NCBI GenBank assembly: GCA_964016885.1
Contig: OZ024741.1
Span: 366,482,001 to 366,546,000 of the forward strand
Origin: Eledone cirrhosa
Lineage: Eukaryota
Length of the DNA stretch: 64,000 bases
Direction of reading: 5' to 3'
Below are positions 38,601 through 54,835 of this stretch, piece by piece; position 1 is the first letter of the stretch, and each line of letters starts with the position of its first letter. The notes under the pieces are model-generated. The model did not search any database. It saw only the letters and a list, made by a program, of their open reading frames with translations, and was not told where the DNA came from. The position numbers were made by a program, and so were the translations under genes.

Positions 38601-41600
38601 AACCAAAACTACCACAAACATCAACACCACCACAACCAAAACTACCACAAACACCAACACCACTTCCACAACCAAAACTACAACAAACATCAACACCACC
38701 ACAACCAAAACTACCACAAACACCAACACCACTTCCCCAAATAAAACTACCACAAACATCAACACCACCACAACCAAAACTACCACAAACACCAACACCA
38801 CTTCCACAAATAAAACTACCACAAACATCAACACCACCACAACCAAAACTACCACAAACACCAACACCACTTCCACAAATAAAACTACCACAAACATCAA
38901 CAACACCACAACCAAAACTACCACAAACACCAACACCACTTCCACAAATAAAACTACCACAAACATCAACACCACCACAACCAAAACTACCACAAACATC
39001 AACACCACTTCCACAAATAAAACTACCACAAACATCAACACCACCACAACCAAAACTACCACAAACACCAACACCACTTCCCCAAATAAAACTACCACAA
39101 ACATCAACACCACTACAACCAAAACTACCACAAACATCAACACCACCACAACCAAAACTACCACAAACATCAACACCACTTCCACAAATAAAACTACCAC
39201 AAACATCAACACCACCACAACCAAAACTACCACAAACATCAACACCACTTCCACAAATAAAACTACCACAAACATCAACACCACCACAACCAAAACTACC
39301 ACAAACACCAACACCACTTCCCCAAATAAAACTACCACAAACATCAACACCACCACAACCAAAATTACCACAAACACCAACACCACTTCCACAAATAAAA
39401 CTACCACAAACATCAACACCACCACAACCAAAACTACCACAAACATCAACACCACTTCCACAAATAAAACTACCACAAACATCAACACCACCACAACCAA
39501 AACTACCACAAACACCAACACCACTTCCCCAAATAAAACTACCACAAACATCAACACCACCACAACCAAAACTACCACAAACACCAACACCACTTCCCCA
39601 AATAAAACTACCACAAACATCAACACCACCACAACCAAAACTATCACAAACACCAACACCACTTCCACAAATAAAACCACTATAAAGACTAACACTACCA
39701 CAACCAAAACTACCACAAACATCAACACCACCACAACCAAAACTACCACAAACACCAACACCACTTCCACAACCAAAACTACCACAAACATCAACACCAC
39801 CACAACCAAAACTACCACAAACACCAACACCACTTCCACAAATAAAACTACCACAAACATCAACACCACCACAACCAAAACTACCACAAACACCAACACC
39901 ACTTCCACAAATAAAACTACCACAAACATCAACACCACCACAACCAAAACTACCACAAACACCAACACCACTTCCACAAATAAAACTACCACAAACATCA
40001 ACACCACCACAACCAAAACTACCACAAACACCAACACCACTTCCACAAATAAAACTACCACAAACATCAACACCACCACAACCAAAACTACCACAAACAT
40101 CAACACCACTTCCACAAATAAAACTACCACAAACATCAACACCACCACAACCAAAACTACCACAAACACCAACACCACTTCCCCAAATAAAACTACCACA
40201 AACATCAACACCACTACAACCAAAACTACCACAAACATCAACACCACCACAACCAAAACTACCACAAACATCAACACCACTTCCACAAATAAAACTACCA
40301 CAAACATCAACACCACCACAACCAAAACTACCACAAACATCAACACCACTTCCACAAATAAAACTACCACAAACATCAACACCACCACAACCAAATCTAC
40401 CACAAACACCAACACCACTTCCCCAAATAAAACTACCACAAACATCAACACCACCACAACCAAAACTACCACAAACACCAACACCACTTCCACAAATAAA
40501 ACTACCACAAACATCAACACCACCACAACCAAAACTACCACAAACATCAACACCACTTCCACAAATAAAACTACCACAAACATCAACACCACCACAACCA
40601 AAACTACCACAAACACCAACACCACTTCCCCAAATAAAACTACCACAAACATCAACACCACCACAACCAAAACTACCACAAACACCAACACCACTTCCCC
40701 AAATAAAACTACCACAAACATCAACACCACCACAACCAAAACTATCACAAACACCAACACCACTTCCACAAATAAAACCACTATAAAGACTAACACTACC
40801 ACAACCAAAACTACCACAAACATCAACACCACCACAACCAAAACTACCACAAACACCAACACCACTTCCACAAATAAAACTACCACAAACATCAACACCA
40901 CCACAACCAAAACTACCACAAACACCAACACCACTTCCACAAATAAAACTACCACAAACATCAACACCACCTAAACCAAAACTACCACAAACACCAACAC
41001 CACTTCCACAAATAAAACTACCACAAACATCAACACCACCACAACCAAAACTACCACAAACACCAACACCACTTCCACAAATAAAACTACCACAAACATC
41101 AACACCACCACAACCAAAACTACCACAAACACCAACACCACTTCCCCAAATAAAACTACCACAAAAATCAACACCACCACAACCAAAACTACCACAAACA
41201 CCAACACCACTTCCATAAATAAAACTACCACAAACATCAACACCACCACAACCAAAACTACCACAAACATCAACACCACTTCCACAAATAAAACTACCAC
41301 AAACATCAACACCACCACAACCAAAACTACCACAAACACCAACACCACTTCCCCAAATAAAACTACCACAAACATCAACACCACCACAACCAAAACTACC
41401 ACAAACACCAACACCACTTCCACAAATAAAACTACCACAAACATCAACACCACCACAACCAAAACTACCACAAACACCAATACCACTTCCACAAATAAAA
41501 CTACCACAAACATCAACACTACCACAACCAAAACTACCACACCAATCGCTACCGCAACCAACACCACCACAACCAAAACTACCACAGCCAACACCACCAC

Positions 41601-41640
41601 ACTCAAAACCATCACAAATAAAATTACTACAAACTTGCAT
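35700..41640. repeat. ~5.9-kb triplet-phased minisatellite (33+36-bp units, 69-bp dimer, 1101-bp higher-order repeat); + frame reads as mucin-like Thr/Asn/Lys repeats
   Basis: Units ACTACCACAAACATCAACACCACCACAACCAAA and ACTACCACAAACACCAACACCACTTCCACAAATAAA. The marker CCACTATAAAGACT recurs at 38576, 39677 and 40778. Confidence 0.9.
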
Positions 41641-42074
41641 GAGAATTGAGTTAAGGATACAAATGTCTGGGGAATAATCAGTCACCAACACGTTAATCTT
41701 TATTGAAATTTGATTGACCAACTAGAACACTCATCGCGTATGACGGCGTAATCCCATTACATTCAAAAGGCAGAGAGTGAGAAAAAGGACTGATGCACTG
41801 TGGTGTGTTATTTTATGTTATGTTATGCTATGGTATTACTATATTTACGCTCTACCCATTTATTGTCTTTCATCTCACCATACTTACATTTCGTCCTATT
41901 GACAGATCTGACGAATATACAGTTTAGAAAAGTATATCAATGCTTATGTTTGTTTATACCAACAATTCTTGCCCGTGTGCCATTTGCCGGCAATGTGTTT
42001 GTTGAACAGCATTATGCTACCGAATATTTATGTTATGCTTTGCTTTATACTGCTACAGTACGCATTGCTTTTAT

Positions 42075-43785
<1,711 letters not shown>

Positions 43786-43786
43786 A

Positions 43787-43930
43787 CAGATGTGAGAAAA
43801 ACCACAGACCCTCCATCTCAACTCTACTTTTGAAAAGCAGAAGAACTACGAAGCCGGTAAAGGAACCAAATAAATATATATATTTTTTTTTAAATAAGAC
43901 TCCAGTTGCATTTTCGATTTCATCTTTTTC
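43787..43930 (+). mobile_element. Solo pseudo-LTR fragment of the 11455-13266 PLE family, with a decayed HHR
   Basis: Matches 13116-13260. The core reads TTGAAAA..GAAG (damaged). Confidence 0.8.
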
Positions 43931-43933
43931 TCC

Positions 43934-43970
<37 letters not shown>

Positions 43971-44270
43971 GTATAAAATCTTTTCCTGGGTCCTGTATTT
44001 TCGTTGCTCTAGGGATGCGGCTAGACTGCCGACCGCTATATCTGATTTGCTAAGCTGTCTGAACGTAATGCGGAGGTTGACTTTGCCTTTCATCCTTACG
44101 GGGTCGATAAAATAAAGTACCAGTAATGCACTGGGTAATTGGTGGCCTTGTGCCTAAAGTAGAAACAGTTATTACTCTGGGGTCTTTCCTCATCCGAGTG
44201 CTCAAGCTACAGACCGATTATGCATATACGCTAGCTTGGCCGTATTCTAAAGCTTCGTCAATGCTGTACT

Positions 44271-44328
<58 letters not shown>

Positions 44329-44642
44329 TGTTTCGGGGTAACTATTATATCAATTTCTTTCATATTTTCGACTATTATTCTCGATGTACGTTTGTAGGTT
44401 TGTATTTGGAATGAGGTAATGAGCTATAGTTCATACTGGTATTTGTTATCGTTCAAAGATAACACTGCCAGTGCTAATGTAGGCTGGGAGGAGAACTACG
44501 AGGCGAAGTAGTGAATAAAAATAGATGACGGTCTAATGTTGTCATATTGTTAGTTATATAATATCTTGTGTGTGTAAGTGTGTATGTATGTGTGTGTGTG
44601 TGTGTGTATGTGTGTGTGTATATGTGTATGTGTATGGTTATA

Positions 44643-44689
<47 letters not shown>

Positions 44690-44774
44690 ATGTGTGTGTA
44701 TGTGTATGCTTGAGTGTATATGTGTACGTGTGTGCATGTGTGTGTGTGTATGTTTACGTGTATGTTTATATATA

Positions 44775-44826
<52 letters not shown>

Positions 44827-45404
44827 CATGCGTGAGTGTGTGTACGTGTACGGGTGTGCATGTGTGTGTATGTGTGTGTATGTGTGTGTATGCGTGAGTG
44901 TGTGTGTGTACGTGTTATCGTTGTTGATATTTTTAATATGCTCAATAATGTTTCAAGTCGCGTTGGTCTTTTGTCGTCCCTTCTATGTACTAAGTAGAAC
45001 ATTCCATTATTGGCAGTATCGGTAGAGGGTCGGACGCCATGCTTTCCAGCATAGTTACGTCCCTTTACGATCTGAGTTCAAATCCCACCGTGGTTCACTT
45101 TGCCTTTCATCCTTACGGGGTCGATAAAATAAAGTACCTGTAATGCACTGGGATAATTGGTGACCTTGTGCCAAAAATAGAAACAATTATTTTAAGGGAG
45201 ATGCAGTGTGACCCAGTTTGTGACAAAGTTAGCTCTTTGAATCACAGGCACAGTTCATTCGATGGGCATCCAAACACTTTCTGTCTACACAATTCCATGA
45301 TTGCAAAGTAAGCTTCTGAACCACTTAGTAATAATCTTTGGCCTTGTGCCTAAAGTAGAAACAATTATTTTCCATTTTCCAGGTGTAGGATACAATACAG
45401 CAGA

Positions 45405-45464
<60 letters not shown>

Positions 45465-45711
45465 CTATGTGTATGCATTATACACATATATATATATATT
45501 GGTAAACGCACGCGCGCACACCATTCTAATGAAAGTGTGTATCATTTTGGGGGAATATCCTTTATATATATATATACCTACATATATACATATATATGTA
45601 TATATATATATATATTTATATTTATATGTGTGTGTGTGTGTGTGTATATACATGATATATATATATATATATATAGAAAGAGAGAGAGAGATAATACACG
45701 CACGCACACAT

Positions 45712-45744
<33 letters not shown>

Positions 45745-45745
45745 G

Positions 45746-45782
<37 letters not shown>

Positions 45783-46287
45783 TGTTGAGACCCTGCGAGA
45801 CCCTGCGAGTAGAAATATAACTTACAGTTAGTCTACATATGCATGTCGTGTATATCAAAGGTTAATCCGCAGTTCTGATCATATTAGCTCTTTTTTTTTC
45901 TTTGGCGTAGATTTTAAATAGCTTGGTGAGCATAGTCGACATATTCCCAGAATACTTGGACTAACCTTTACGTGTATTCATTCGCCCGTAAATCTAAAGA
46001 TTGAGTGAAATAAGTCTCAGTTCCGAAAATAACACATCTTTCAAGTATTCACAACGAAATTAGAAAGAGTAGAGCTAATCCCTTCATGACATTATTGATA
46101 AGTTCATGATAAATCCTCCGTCGGTTTCGGTGACGCGCATTAACTTGTTACATGAACTGAACATTCAGTCGGGAATTGGTATGTAAGTAGTAATGTTGTC
46201 CAAAAACTGATGTATGCTTTACGTAATTCTCAATACGAATCAGCGGGACACTTTGTGTGATAAGACTGGATCCTTAAATTACAAGTA

Positions 46288-46494
46288 CAGGGTAGGCCAA
46301 AAGTCATTTCCTACCTATTTTTATTAATAAAATATTACAAATTAACACAAAACTAATTTTACTTTGAAGGTGTATTTTTCCATGATTGGATCTTGTTTTT
46401 ATTCAATTTTAATCTGAAAATAAATACAATATTTTATTAATAACAAAAATTATGAATTTTTTTTTAATAGGAAGTAACTTCTGGCCCACACTTT
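46288..46494. mobile_element. Degenerate mariner-type MITE
   Basis: Imperfect TIRs CAGGGTAGGCCAAAAGTCATTTCCTA / TAGGAAGTAACTTCTGGCCCACACT. Confidence 0.5.
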
Positions 46495-47783
46495 ATAATC
46501 TATCCGATGGGCATCAACACAGTTTCTGTCAACTAAGTTTCACTCACAAGGTGTGGGGGTCGATCCAAGGCTATGGTAAAGACACGACTGTGAAGAAAAC
46601 TTCTTAACCACTCGGTCACGCCTGTGTCCAGATATTTAGACTAATATTAATATAGACAGTGAATTGAGAGAAGCATTAAAACGTCCTACAAAATGCCTTA
46701 TGATATATTTTCTAGCTTTTTGCGTTCTGAATTGAAATCCTGCTCTTCGAGATAAACATTGCCTTTCATCTTGTCTAGATCGATAATTAAATTACCAATC
46801 TAATCGGCGGTTTGCCTCATAACTTACCTTGGTTTTTATAGCGTTTTTACCGTCGTAGCCTACCATCTACCTTGGAAGTGTTTTGATGACAAATTTCAAA
46901 TACAGAATTATTATTTAGGAACCTTTCTTCTGATCTATGTCGAAGAATTGTTTATAAATAAAGATGGGTTTGTATTTATTTACATTCTGTGTTCAAATCC
47001 TACCGAGGTTGCCGGCTTCGCCTTTTATCTTTACTTGGACAATAAAATAATTAGTAAATTGCCAGTCAAGTATTGTGGTCGATAAAATGGATTCTATTCT
47101 GCCACAAATACATAAATATCGGTGATATTATTCCTATATTAGAAATCTATATAATAGTTTTTAACGAATTTCAAACTGTGACGTAAAAGTGTACAGCCAT
47201 ATATATATAAACTTTTAACAATAACATTATTTTTTTATTTATTTATATTTTGATTTTCTCTCATTATTTCATAGAAATTTACTTTCCTTGTTTTATGTTT
47301 TATATTTTCTTTTATTTCTCTCCCTCTCCTAAAACCTATATTTTATGAACTTTTAACGAAATTGGCACGAAGCCTTGTTTTCATTAAAATATATCGTTCA
47401 GATTATCTCCAAGGAGATAAATGAATTTGGAAATAATACGTAGATAGAGTTTATTTATTTTTCGTTTGTTTGTTGTACTTTTTATTGATGTTGCTGTTGT
47501 TGTTGCTGTTTTTACCAGCAGTATAAATCGAACTTTGTCAGATAACTTCATTGAAAATACCTCCCCAGCAACTGTACTCAATGTTATATAAAACATAATT
47601 TGATTATCGAACGATAAGATATAAAACATCTCAATATACTACTTGCGTAAGAGCTTTAAAATTATATTTTAATTTTAATTTTTGCTGGTTCTCTTTATGT
47701 AATTTTAACAATCTTCTGCACACATATAGAAATTACTTCTACAGGACTAGAAATGTTTAATTCGTTTGAAATCCTCAATATAT

Positions 47784-47857
<74 letters not shown>

Positions 47858-48008
47858 GCATGTGTGTGCGTGTGCATGTGTGTGTGTGAGAGAGAGAGCG
47901 TGTATGAGTGTATGCGTGTCTGTGTGTGTGTGCGTAAATGTATATTCAGTTAGTTATATATGTACTCTTGTGTGTTATAATATATGTTTTGTGTGTGTAT
48001 GTGTAGGC

Positions 48009-48039
<31 letters not shown>

Positions 48040-49324
48040 TGCGCGTGTGCGTTTAATTGTTTATGAAGGTAAACACTGTACGTACACATCATAATAGAAT
48101 GTCATTTCATAGAACTACATAAACTTATAAATAAGTTTTCAAATGTACTGGAATCAAGGAACATTAGCAGTATTTTTAGAAGGTTTTATTTATGCCGTAA
48201 CAACGTTATATATACAACTTCCAGTGAGTTTTAAATTGTTTCATAAATAATTCCACACGAAACTCTAGGTTTACGAGTATCTTATGGGGTATGGTTATAT
48301 TTTGCAGATTCAAAATAATTGTTTCTACTTTTGGCACAAGGTCAGCAATTACTGGTACCTTATTTTATCGACCTCGGAAGGATGAAAGGCAAAGTTACCT
48401 CGGCTGGATTTGAAGTCAGAACGTAAAAGGTCATAACTCTATGCTGCAAAGTATGTTGTATGACGCTCTAATTATTGCCAATCTACCACAGCTTCAAAAT
48501 AATATGTGCGCGTTATTGTTTTAATAATCATAATTTTAGTATATGAAGGCGTGTAACGTAGTGGTTAGGGTGTTCGGCTCCTGATCCGAAGATCATGCAT
48601 TCAATTACCGTTGGTCCGTTGAAACCTCTAGCAAGACACTATCTCACACTGCTTCTGAGGGAACTGTGATTCATGTCATATAGTATCAAGCTGAGAACTA
48701 CGTTAGGTGAACACGTGTCTGTGGAACACTCAACCACGTACACGTTAGTTTCACGAGAAGGCTGTTCCGTTGATTGAAATATCTGGAACATTCGTCGCTG
48801 GAACCAGCGGAGATATTGTGTGTGCGTGTGTATTTGTGTGTTTTTGTGACTGTGTTTGTGTGCGAGTGTTCGTGTTTGTGTATGTGTCTATCTGTATGTA
48901 TGTATGTCAGTTATGTGTGTGTTTGTGTATGTGTCTGTCTCTATGTATGTCTGTCAGTTATGTGTGTATGTAAGTGTTTGTGTATGTGTCTGTCAGTTGA
49001 TTTTGTGTCTGCCTGTATAGATTCATTTAAGTGTCTATGGATTTGCAATTCGATCTCCGTGCCTGTGGGAGCCTCAGTCATGATAGGGTATGTCTTTAGG
49101 CGTTTTAATGCTTGTGGGCTTTATTTCTCTCCATAGCCAAATTCTTCTGAAGAAAAACTAGGAAGGAAAGAAAGAATATGAGAGTAGAATATATTACTGT
49201 ATTGCAATAGCATGTTATCCATTATCCAACAGTATGAAAGAAAAGTTGACCCCGGCATGACATGGATTCGGAGCGCAGAGAACCGCGAACTAATACAGAA
49301 AAGTATTCTACGCGATAATGAGTC

Positions 49325-49404
<80 letters not shown>

Positions 49405-49463
49405 GACATTTTTTCCAATTCCAACTCGACCGTCCCCTCAATCTATCTTATTTCTCATTCTTT

Positions 49464-49497
49464 CTTGTGATGAAGGACTAGCGTCCGAAACGTTAAG
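49464..49497 (+). ncRNA. Minimal hammerhead-like motif (C3 mutated); inverted relative at 53809-53842 has an intact CTGATGA
   Basis: CTT-GTGATGA-a GGAC tagc GTCC-GAAA CG TT-AAG, within a module (49403-49570) mirrored at ~53725-53905. Confidence 0.45.
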
Positions 49498-49564
49498 ACC
49501 CTCTTCCTGCTATATCAAGTGTTAACCTAATATATCCCTTCCATATACTGTACCGATTGTGTTG

Positions 49565-49618
<54 letters not shown>

Positions 49619-49652
49619 AGATTTGAATGGATACAGTTTAGTTGAAAGGAAT

Positions 49653-49773
49653 TTATTGACACGTGTTTCTATAACAGTTACATAACCTGAAAACAGCTGC
49701 TATCTACAAAGTATTAGTTATGCAGACATTCAATATTTCAATGTTATTATTTACTGTCATTTCATCAGAATAA
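49653..49773 (-). ncRNA. Hammerhead ribozyme with a long stem II insertion
   Basis: Reverse complement: TTATT-CTGATGA-a ATGACAGT..ACTGTTAT a-GAAAC ACGT GTC-AATAA, with palindromic stem III ACACGTGT. Confidence 0.7.
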
Positions 49774-50318
49774 TATTACTGAGGACCTGTTTGGTTTTTA
49801 TAGAGAATATTAGGAGGGAGGGGTGAAGTTGTTAGAAGAATAGTTGAGGGAGTGGTTTTTTGATAGCAGTGAGAATTTTTGGTGGCAGTGAGTAATTAGA
49901 TTCCCATCTGTTGTTTTGACATTTTTATAGAATATATTATTGGTTATTTTTCTAAATCTATAGAAGGATTAGAGATAGTAAAGATATGCGTGGTTGGTTT
50001 TGTGTTTGCACTTAATTAACATTCAGACTTAAATTTTTCTTTCAAGTGTACGTATCCTTTCACCCACGCATTCACACACAAACATATTTGCACACCTCTA
50101 CAAAATACATATACTCACATTCACATAGTAACATGTTCATACTTACATACATATATACATGCATACATATATATATACACACATGTATTCATGTACATAC
50201 ATACGCGTTCATGTGTATACATTTTTATACTCAACTTATCTTTATATACACACGTATAGACACACACATATATACATACATACTCTAGTCTATGTGTATA
50301 TATATACATATATATATA

Positions 50319-50366
<48 letters not shown>

Positions 50367-50642
50367 CACTTTAATACATGAATACACTTACATCTAACTA
50401 TACACATCAAACATATCTATATATTTACTTATTTATATACATTTTCACATATATATACATACTTATGGTCGCTTTTAGACACATTCATTATCGCATTTTT
50501 GCACCTATTCTCATCAGCATATCTTTCCATTATTAGTGTGGTAATTTGAGGTTATTAATATACATATATATGTTGAGAAGAGATTGTTTTTATATTTTTC
50601 TAACTAGATTGAGGTTTATATAGTTGGGGGGATGTCCCTCTT

Positions 50643-52120
50643 TTATGTAATATTCGGCTTGTAGTGGGAAAAAAGGGTTTTAGTTCGGTGACGGCAGAAT
50701 AATGTTCGTTCAATTCTGTTATTCAGCAATTTCTTCTTGTGTGTGATTATGTAATAAATCTCAAGATTACACAATTTGCAGAAATTTTGGCTCCTGGAAA
50801 AGCTTTGGGTTTTAGCTAATTTCTCCCATTTTAGGGTAAACTTTTTATCGCTATCCCTGAGCGTCCAAGCTTTTTCTGCTAAAGTTGTTACACTTCTTTG
50901 GCTCTGGTGTTTTATTGAGTAAGAATGCCTATATAATCGAGATTTAAACGATGTTGCCGTTGATCCCACGTAATACCACTCGTTGCCTCCGGATTTAATG
51001 GTACACTTATAAATAATATTTTTTTCCAGGCAGTTATTGCCGAGGGGGCAGTTGTCAGGATAGGTGCAGTTACAGCTGTGTACGTTGGGTTTTCTCTGGA
51101 GTAGTATTGCGGACGAACTTAGGTGTGGTTTATTTATGTTCTGTAGTGTATTGTCTACTGTTTTTTTTGTGTTCTTTGTACTTAAGTTTTTAGTGTTTTC
51201 GTTTAACCTTCTAGTATTGATCTTTTTTATGTGTTGTTCAAGGTTTAACGCTGTAGAGTATGACAGTCTTATAGTGGTAGGGTTTAGGATTTTGTGGTAT
51301 TTGTGTGATGTAGGAAAATGTCTCTTAATTATTTTAAAGAAGAGTACTGGTAAATTTGTACTAATGGAACTATTGTATTCGGGGTTATACCATAAGTACT
51401 CTTTGCATCGCTTTCTATTAGTTTTGTTTGTTGGTTTACTGGTGTGCATACTATGGTAGTAAGTGTGGTTTGGTGTTGTGTTATTATATCTACCTATGTG
51501 GGATTTATTTTGGGTGTTTTGATTGTTCCCATCTATATACTCTATTTCGTTGAGGTAGCCTGCTTTACTAAGGGCGTTATCGTAGTACTCGGCGTGTTCC
51601 TTAAATACTTGTATGTTAGAAGATAGACCCGAGATTCTAAGGGAAATATTTTTAGGGATAGATTTAATTATAGAGATGGGGTGGTTAGACCCAACATTTA
51701 CGTATTTGAGATTTTCATTCAATTTATGAAACGGTTTAATCAGACCAGAGTTTAAATTGAGTGTGACATCCAGGAAGTTAACTACTTTAAGGTTGTATTC
51801 ATATGTTATAGTTAGTCCTATTTCGAGTAGTAGTTTTCTTATATCTTTGCGTAGTTTTTCTAGTTTTTGGTTATTTAGGTTTTTAACTAGGAGGAGAACA
51901 TCGTCGCGGTATATTCCGCCGTGGAGATTGCTGAATTTTTCCTGGAGTCTAAAGGCGATAAATAACCCCACAATATCAGTTATTTCCGCCGAATCGTTAG
52001 AGCCCATTGTTATGTCAAAGTTAGAGGGTCTATCTTTACGTACCCAATAACTGTTCTCAAATTTGACTATAGTTTTCCTAGCTTCTAATATAATCTTAAT
52101 TTCATCGTTTGTAAGGTCAG
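50643..52120 (-). CDS. PLE RT (partial) + GIY-YIG endonuclease
   Basis: WVRKD..FDITMGSNDSAE, GIYRDD, NFLDVTL, WYNPEY, linker CNCTYPDNC (CxCx5C), IIY..YVG..F..R..H, CKLC..E..LLN.R.E..CRH. The frame stays open upstream of the annotated Met to the TA junction. Confidence 0.85.
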
Positions 52121-52128
52121 AGTATATA

Positions 52129-52211
<83 letters not shown>

Positions 52212-52386
52212 TGTTTGTGTGTTTATCCCGGGTTCAATCTGGGGTAACTACAGTAAGTAAAGTACTCAATACTTAACAGAGTATAAAAATTTAATAAAGA
52301 AATATAGAAATGGCTTCATCAGGAAAGCCCAGGCTTTCCTGATGTTTTCTACCGAATGAAACAGTTCTAGTCCTGTAGAAGCCATT

Positions 52387-52440
<54 letters not shown>

Positions 52441-53962
52441 AACGTAAAATAAGAAAATTATAAAATTAACTTACTTACTAAAAAATCACTTCCAACTAAT
52501 TAGTTTCTGGAATGGAGTAAATATATTTTCCGAAGAAACCCCATGCATTGAACCACAATGTTAATAAGACAAAACCTATATATTTGCTAGCATTGATATG
52601 CATCTGTGTGTATATAAATGTTACTAGATATAAATTCCTTATATATATATATATGGACTAGTTTCTTTTAATACAACCTCGGGTTGTCCAATATATCATA
52701 TATGTCCAATATATAATACATTGGACAACCCGGGATTATATTGAAATACACTAACCCAGGGTATCACCCGATATCACTCCTTAAACACTCAACCATGTCA
52801 GTGCAGTTTATAGGATTCTCAATTTATAGAATTTTGAAGAAATATTTTAAAGAATTTTTCACGTAATAATATAGCATTCACTGCACAGCTCTGTTATGAA
52901 AATATCGAAAGTTAAGTTTATGGTTAAAACACTGTTCTAGTGACTGGTGTGATATTTCTGAGGATAATAAAATAACATTGTCGATCTTGATTTGGAGATT
53001 TGAGCAAAGTTATATAAATACTTCAATTCTTTGTCTCCTTATTTTTACACCAGACACACGCTCACAGATACACACACACATACACACAGACACACACACA
53101 CACATACACATACATGCACAGACACACACAGACACGCACAGACACATACACACACACATACACACACACACACACATGCACACACAGACACACACAGACA
53201 CAGACACACACAGACACAGATACACACACACACATACACACACACAGACACACACAGACACACAGATTCACACTCACACACATACACAGACACACACAGA
53301 CACAGACATACACACATATACACACACACAGACACACAGATACACACTCACACACATACACAGATACACACACACATACACAGACACACACAGACACACA
53401 CAGATACAGACACACAGACACACAGATACACACTCACACACATACACACACACTCATACACATGCACTTACGTGGTTTCTTGAAGAACCCATCAGTTACA
53501 AGTTTGGTGATCATAAATTTCTCTATCCGTTGTCTTATACTTCAGTTCCACACCAAATAAAATATATTAATATTACATTAAGTTCTCTCACGTTGTGACT
53601 GTTGCATAAAGTTTTTCACTGATTTTCTTATATCATATCTGCACGTATTCACACGGAAGATGTATATATGTTCCTAGATACACACGCTCGCATACACAAC
53701 ATACGTATATATGTTATATATTAAAAGGTAAACAGAAATAACAAAACAATCGGTGCAGTATATGGAAGGTATATATTAGGTTAACGCTTGATATAGCAGG
53801 AAGAGAACCTTAAAGTTTCGGACGCTAGTTCTTCATCAGAAGAAAAAATGAGAAATAAAATAGATTGAGGGGACGGGTGGGATAGAATTGGAAAAAATGT
53901 CTTTAGATAAAAATAATAGGTCCATTCATGTTGACATCTCTTGCAAAACTGTTGGTGCTGGC

Positions 53963-54072
<110 letters not shown>

Positions 54073-54133
54073 GAGAGAGAGAGAGTATAAAAAAAACGAA
54101 AAATCAGTGATGCATCTGGACTCAGTTTATTGC

Positions 54134-54222
54134 GTGTTACAATTGTTTCGCCGCCAGGTAGCTCGAGACATGATCACTGTATGGATCTGGCTGATTCTAC
54201 GGCTGCAGGTTCCTTCGGACAC
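54134..54222 (-). ncRNA. Hammerhead-like motif, same family as 26416-26503
   Basis: Reverse complement: GTGT-CCGAAGGA..GAAAC AATT GTA-ACAC. Confidence 0.4.
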
Positions 54223-54259
54223 ATGCAATTCTTTCGGAGCAAATATATATATATATATA

Positions 54260-54380
<121 letters not shown>

Positions 54381-54569
54381 TGCTATATAGTAAGGTGTAT
54401 TATTGGTTGTGTCAAACGGTCCAATAAAATTTTTGTTACCAATATTAAGTTCTCCACGCTTTTGTATATCTCCAATTCCATTTATGGGAACAGCTAGATG
54501 ATGTAAAACGGAGTAGCTGTATCAAAATAAAGATCCGAAGGCATGGTATAAATTTCCAATCATTTTAAT

Positions 54570-54646
54570 CACGACACATGTTTCAATAAGAGATAGATCG
54601 AGCGTGTAGCCATGATCGAGCGTGTAGCCACTGATCTCGTCAGGTG
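54570..54646 (-). ncRNA. Hammerhead ribozyme (left arm)
   Basis: Reverse complement: CAC-CTGACGA-..-GAAAC ATGT GTC-GTG. Confidence 0.55.
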
Positions 54647-54763
54647 AAAATGAATTGTCTTCAAATCCTTGATATGAGGGAGAAAATTATGAGGGACTAA
54701 ACTCTGTGAGTGAACACCGTTAATTTTCTCCCTCATATCAAGGATTTGAAGACAATTCATTTT

Positions 54764-54835
54764 CACCTGACGAGATCAGTGATAATCGATCATGGCGACA
54801 CGATCGATCTATCTCTTATTGAAACATGTGTCGTG
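54764..54835 (+). ncRNA. Hammerhead ribozyme (right arm)
   Basis: CAC-CTGACGA-extended stem II (ATCGATC/GATCGAT)-GAAAC ATGT GTC-GTG. Confidence 0.6.

Larger units (their letters stand above)
49615..52121 (-). mobile_element. 5'-truncated Penelope-like element, Hydra-like clade, inserted in (TA)n
   Basis: RT C-half + GIY-YIG ORF, a 1-kb 3'UTR containing an HHR, and (TA)n at both ends. Confidence 0.85.

Noticed and set aside
35685-41615. 1761-aa and 214-aa Val-rich minus-strand ORFs as membrane proteins
   Set aside because: A stop-free shadow of a C/A-rich triplet repeat with an implausible composition.
47384-47629. Host exon or 81-aa ORF
   Set aside because: No recognisable domain and only weak splice signals.
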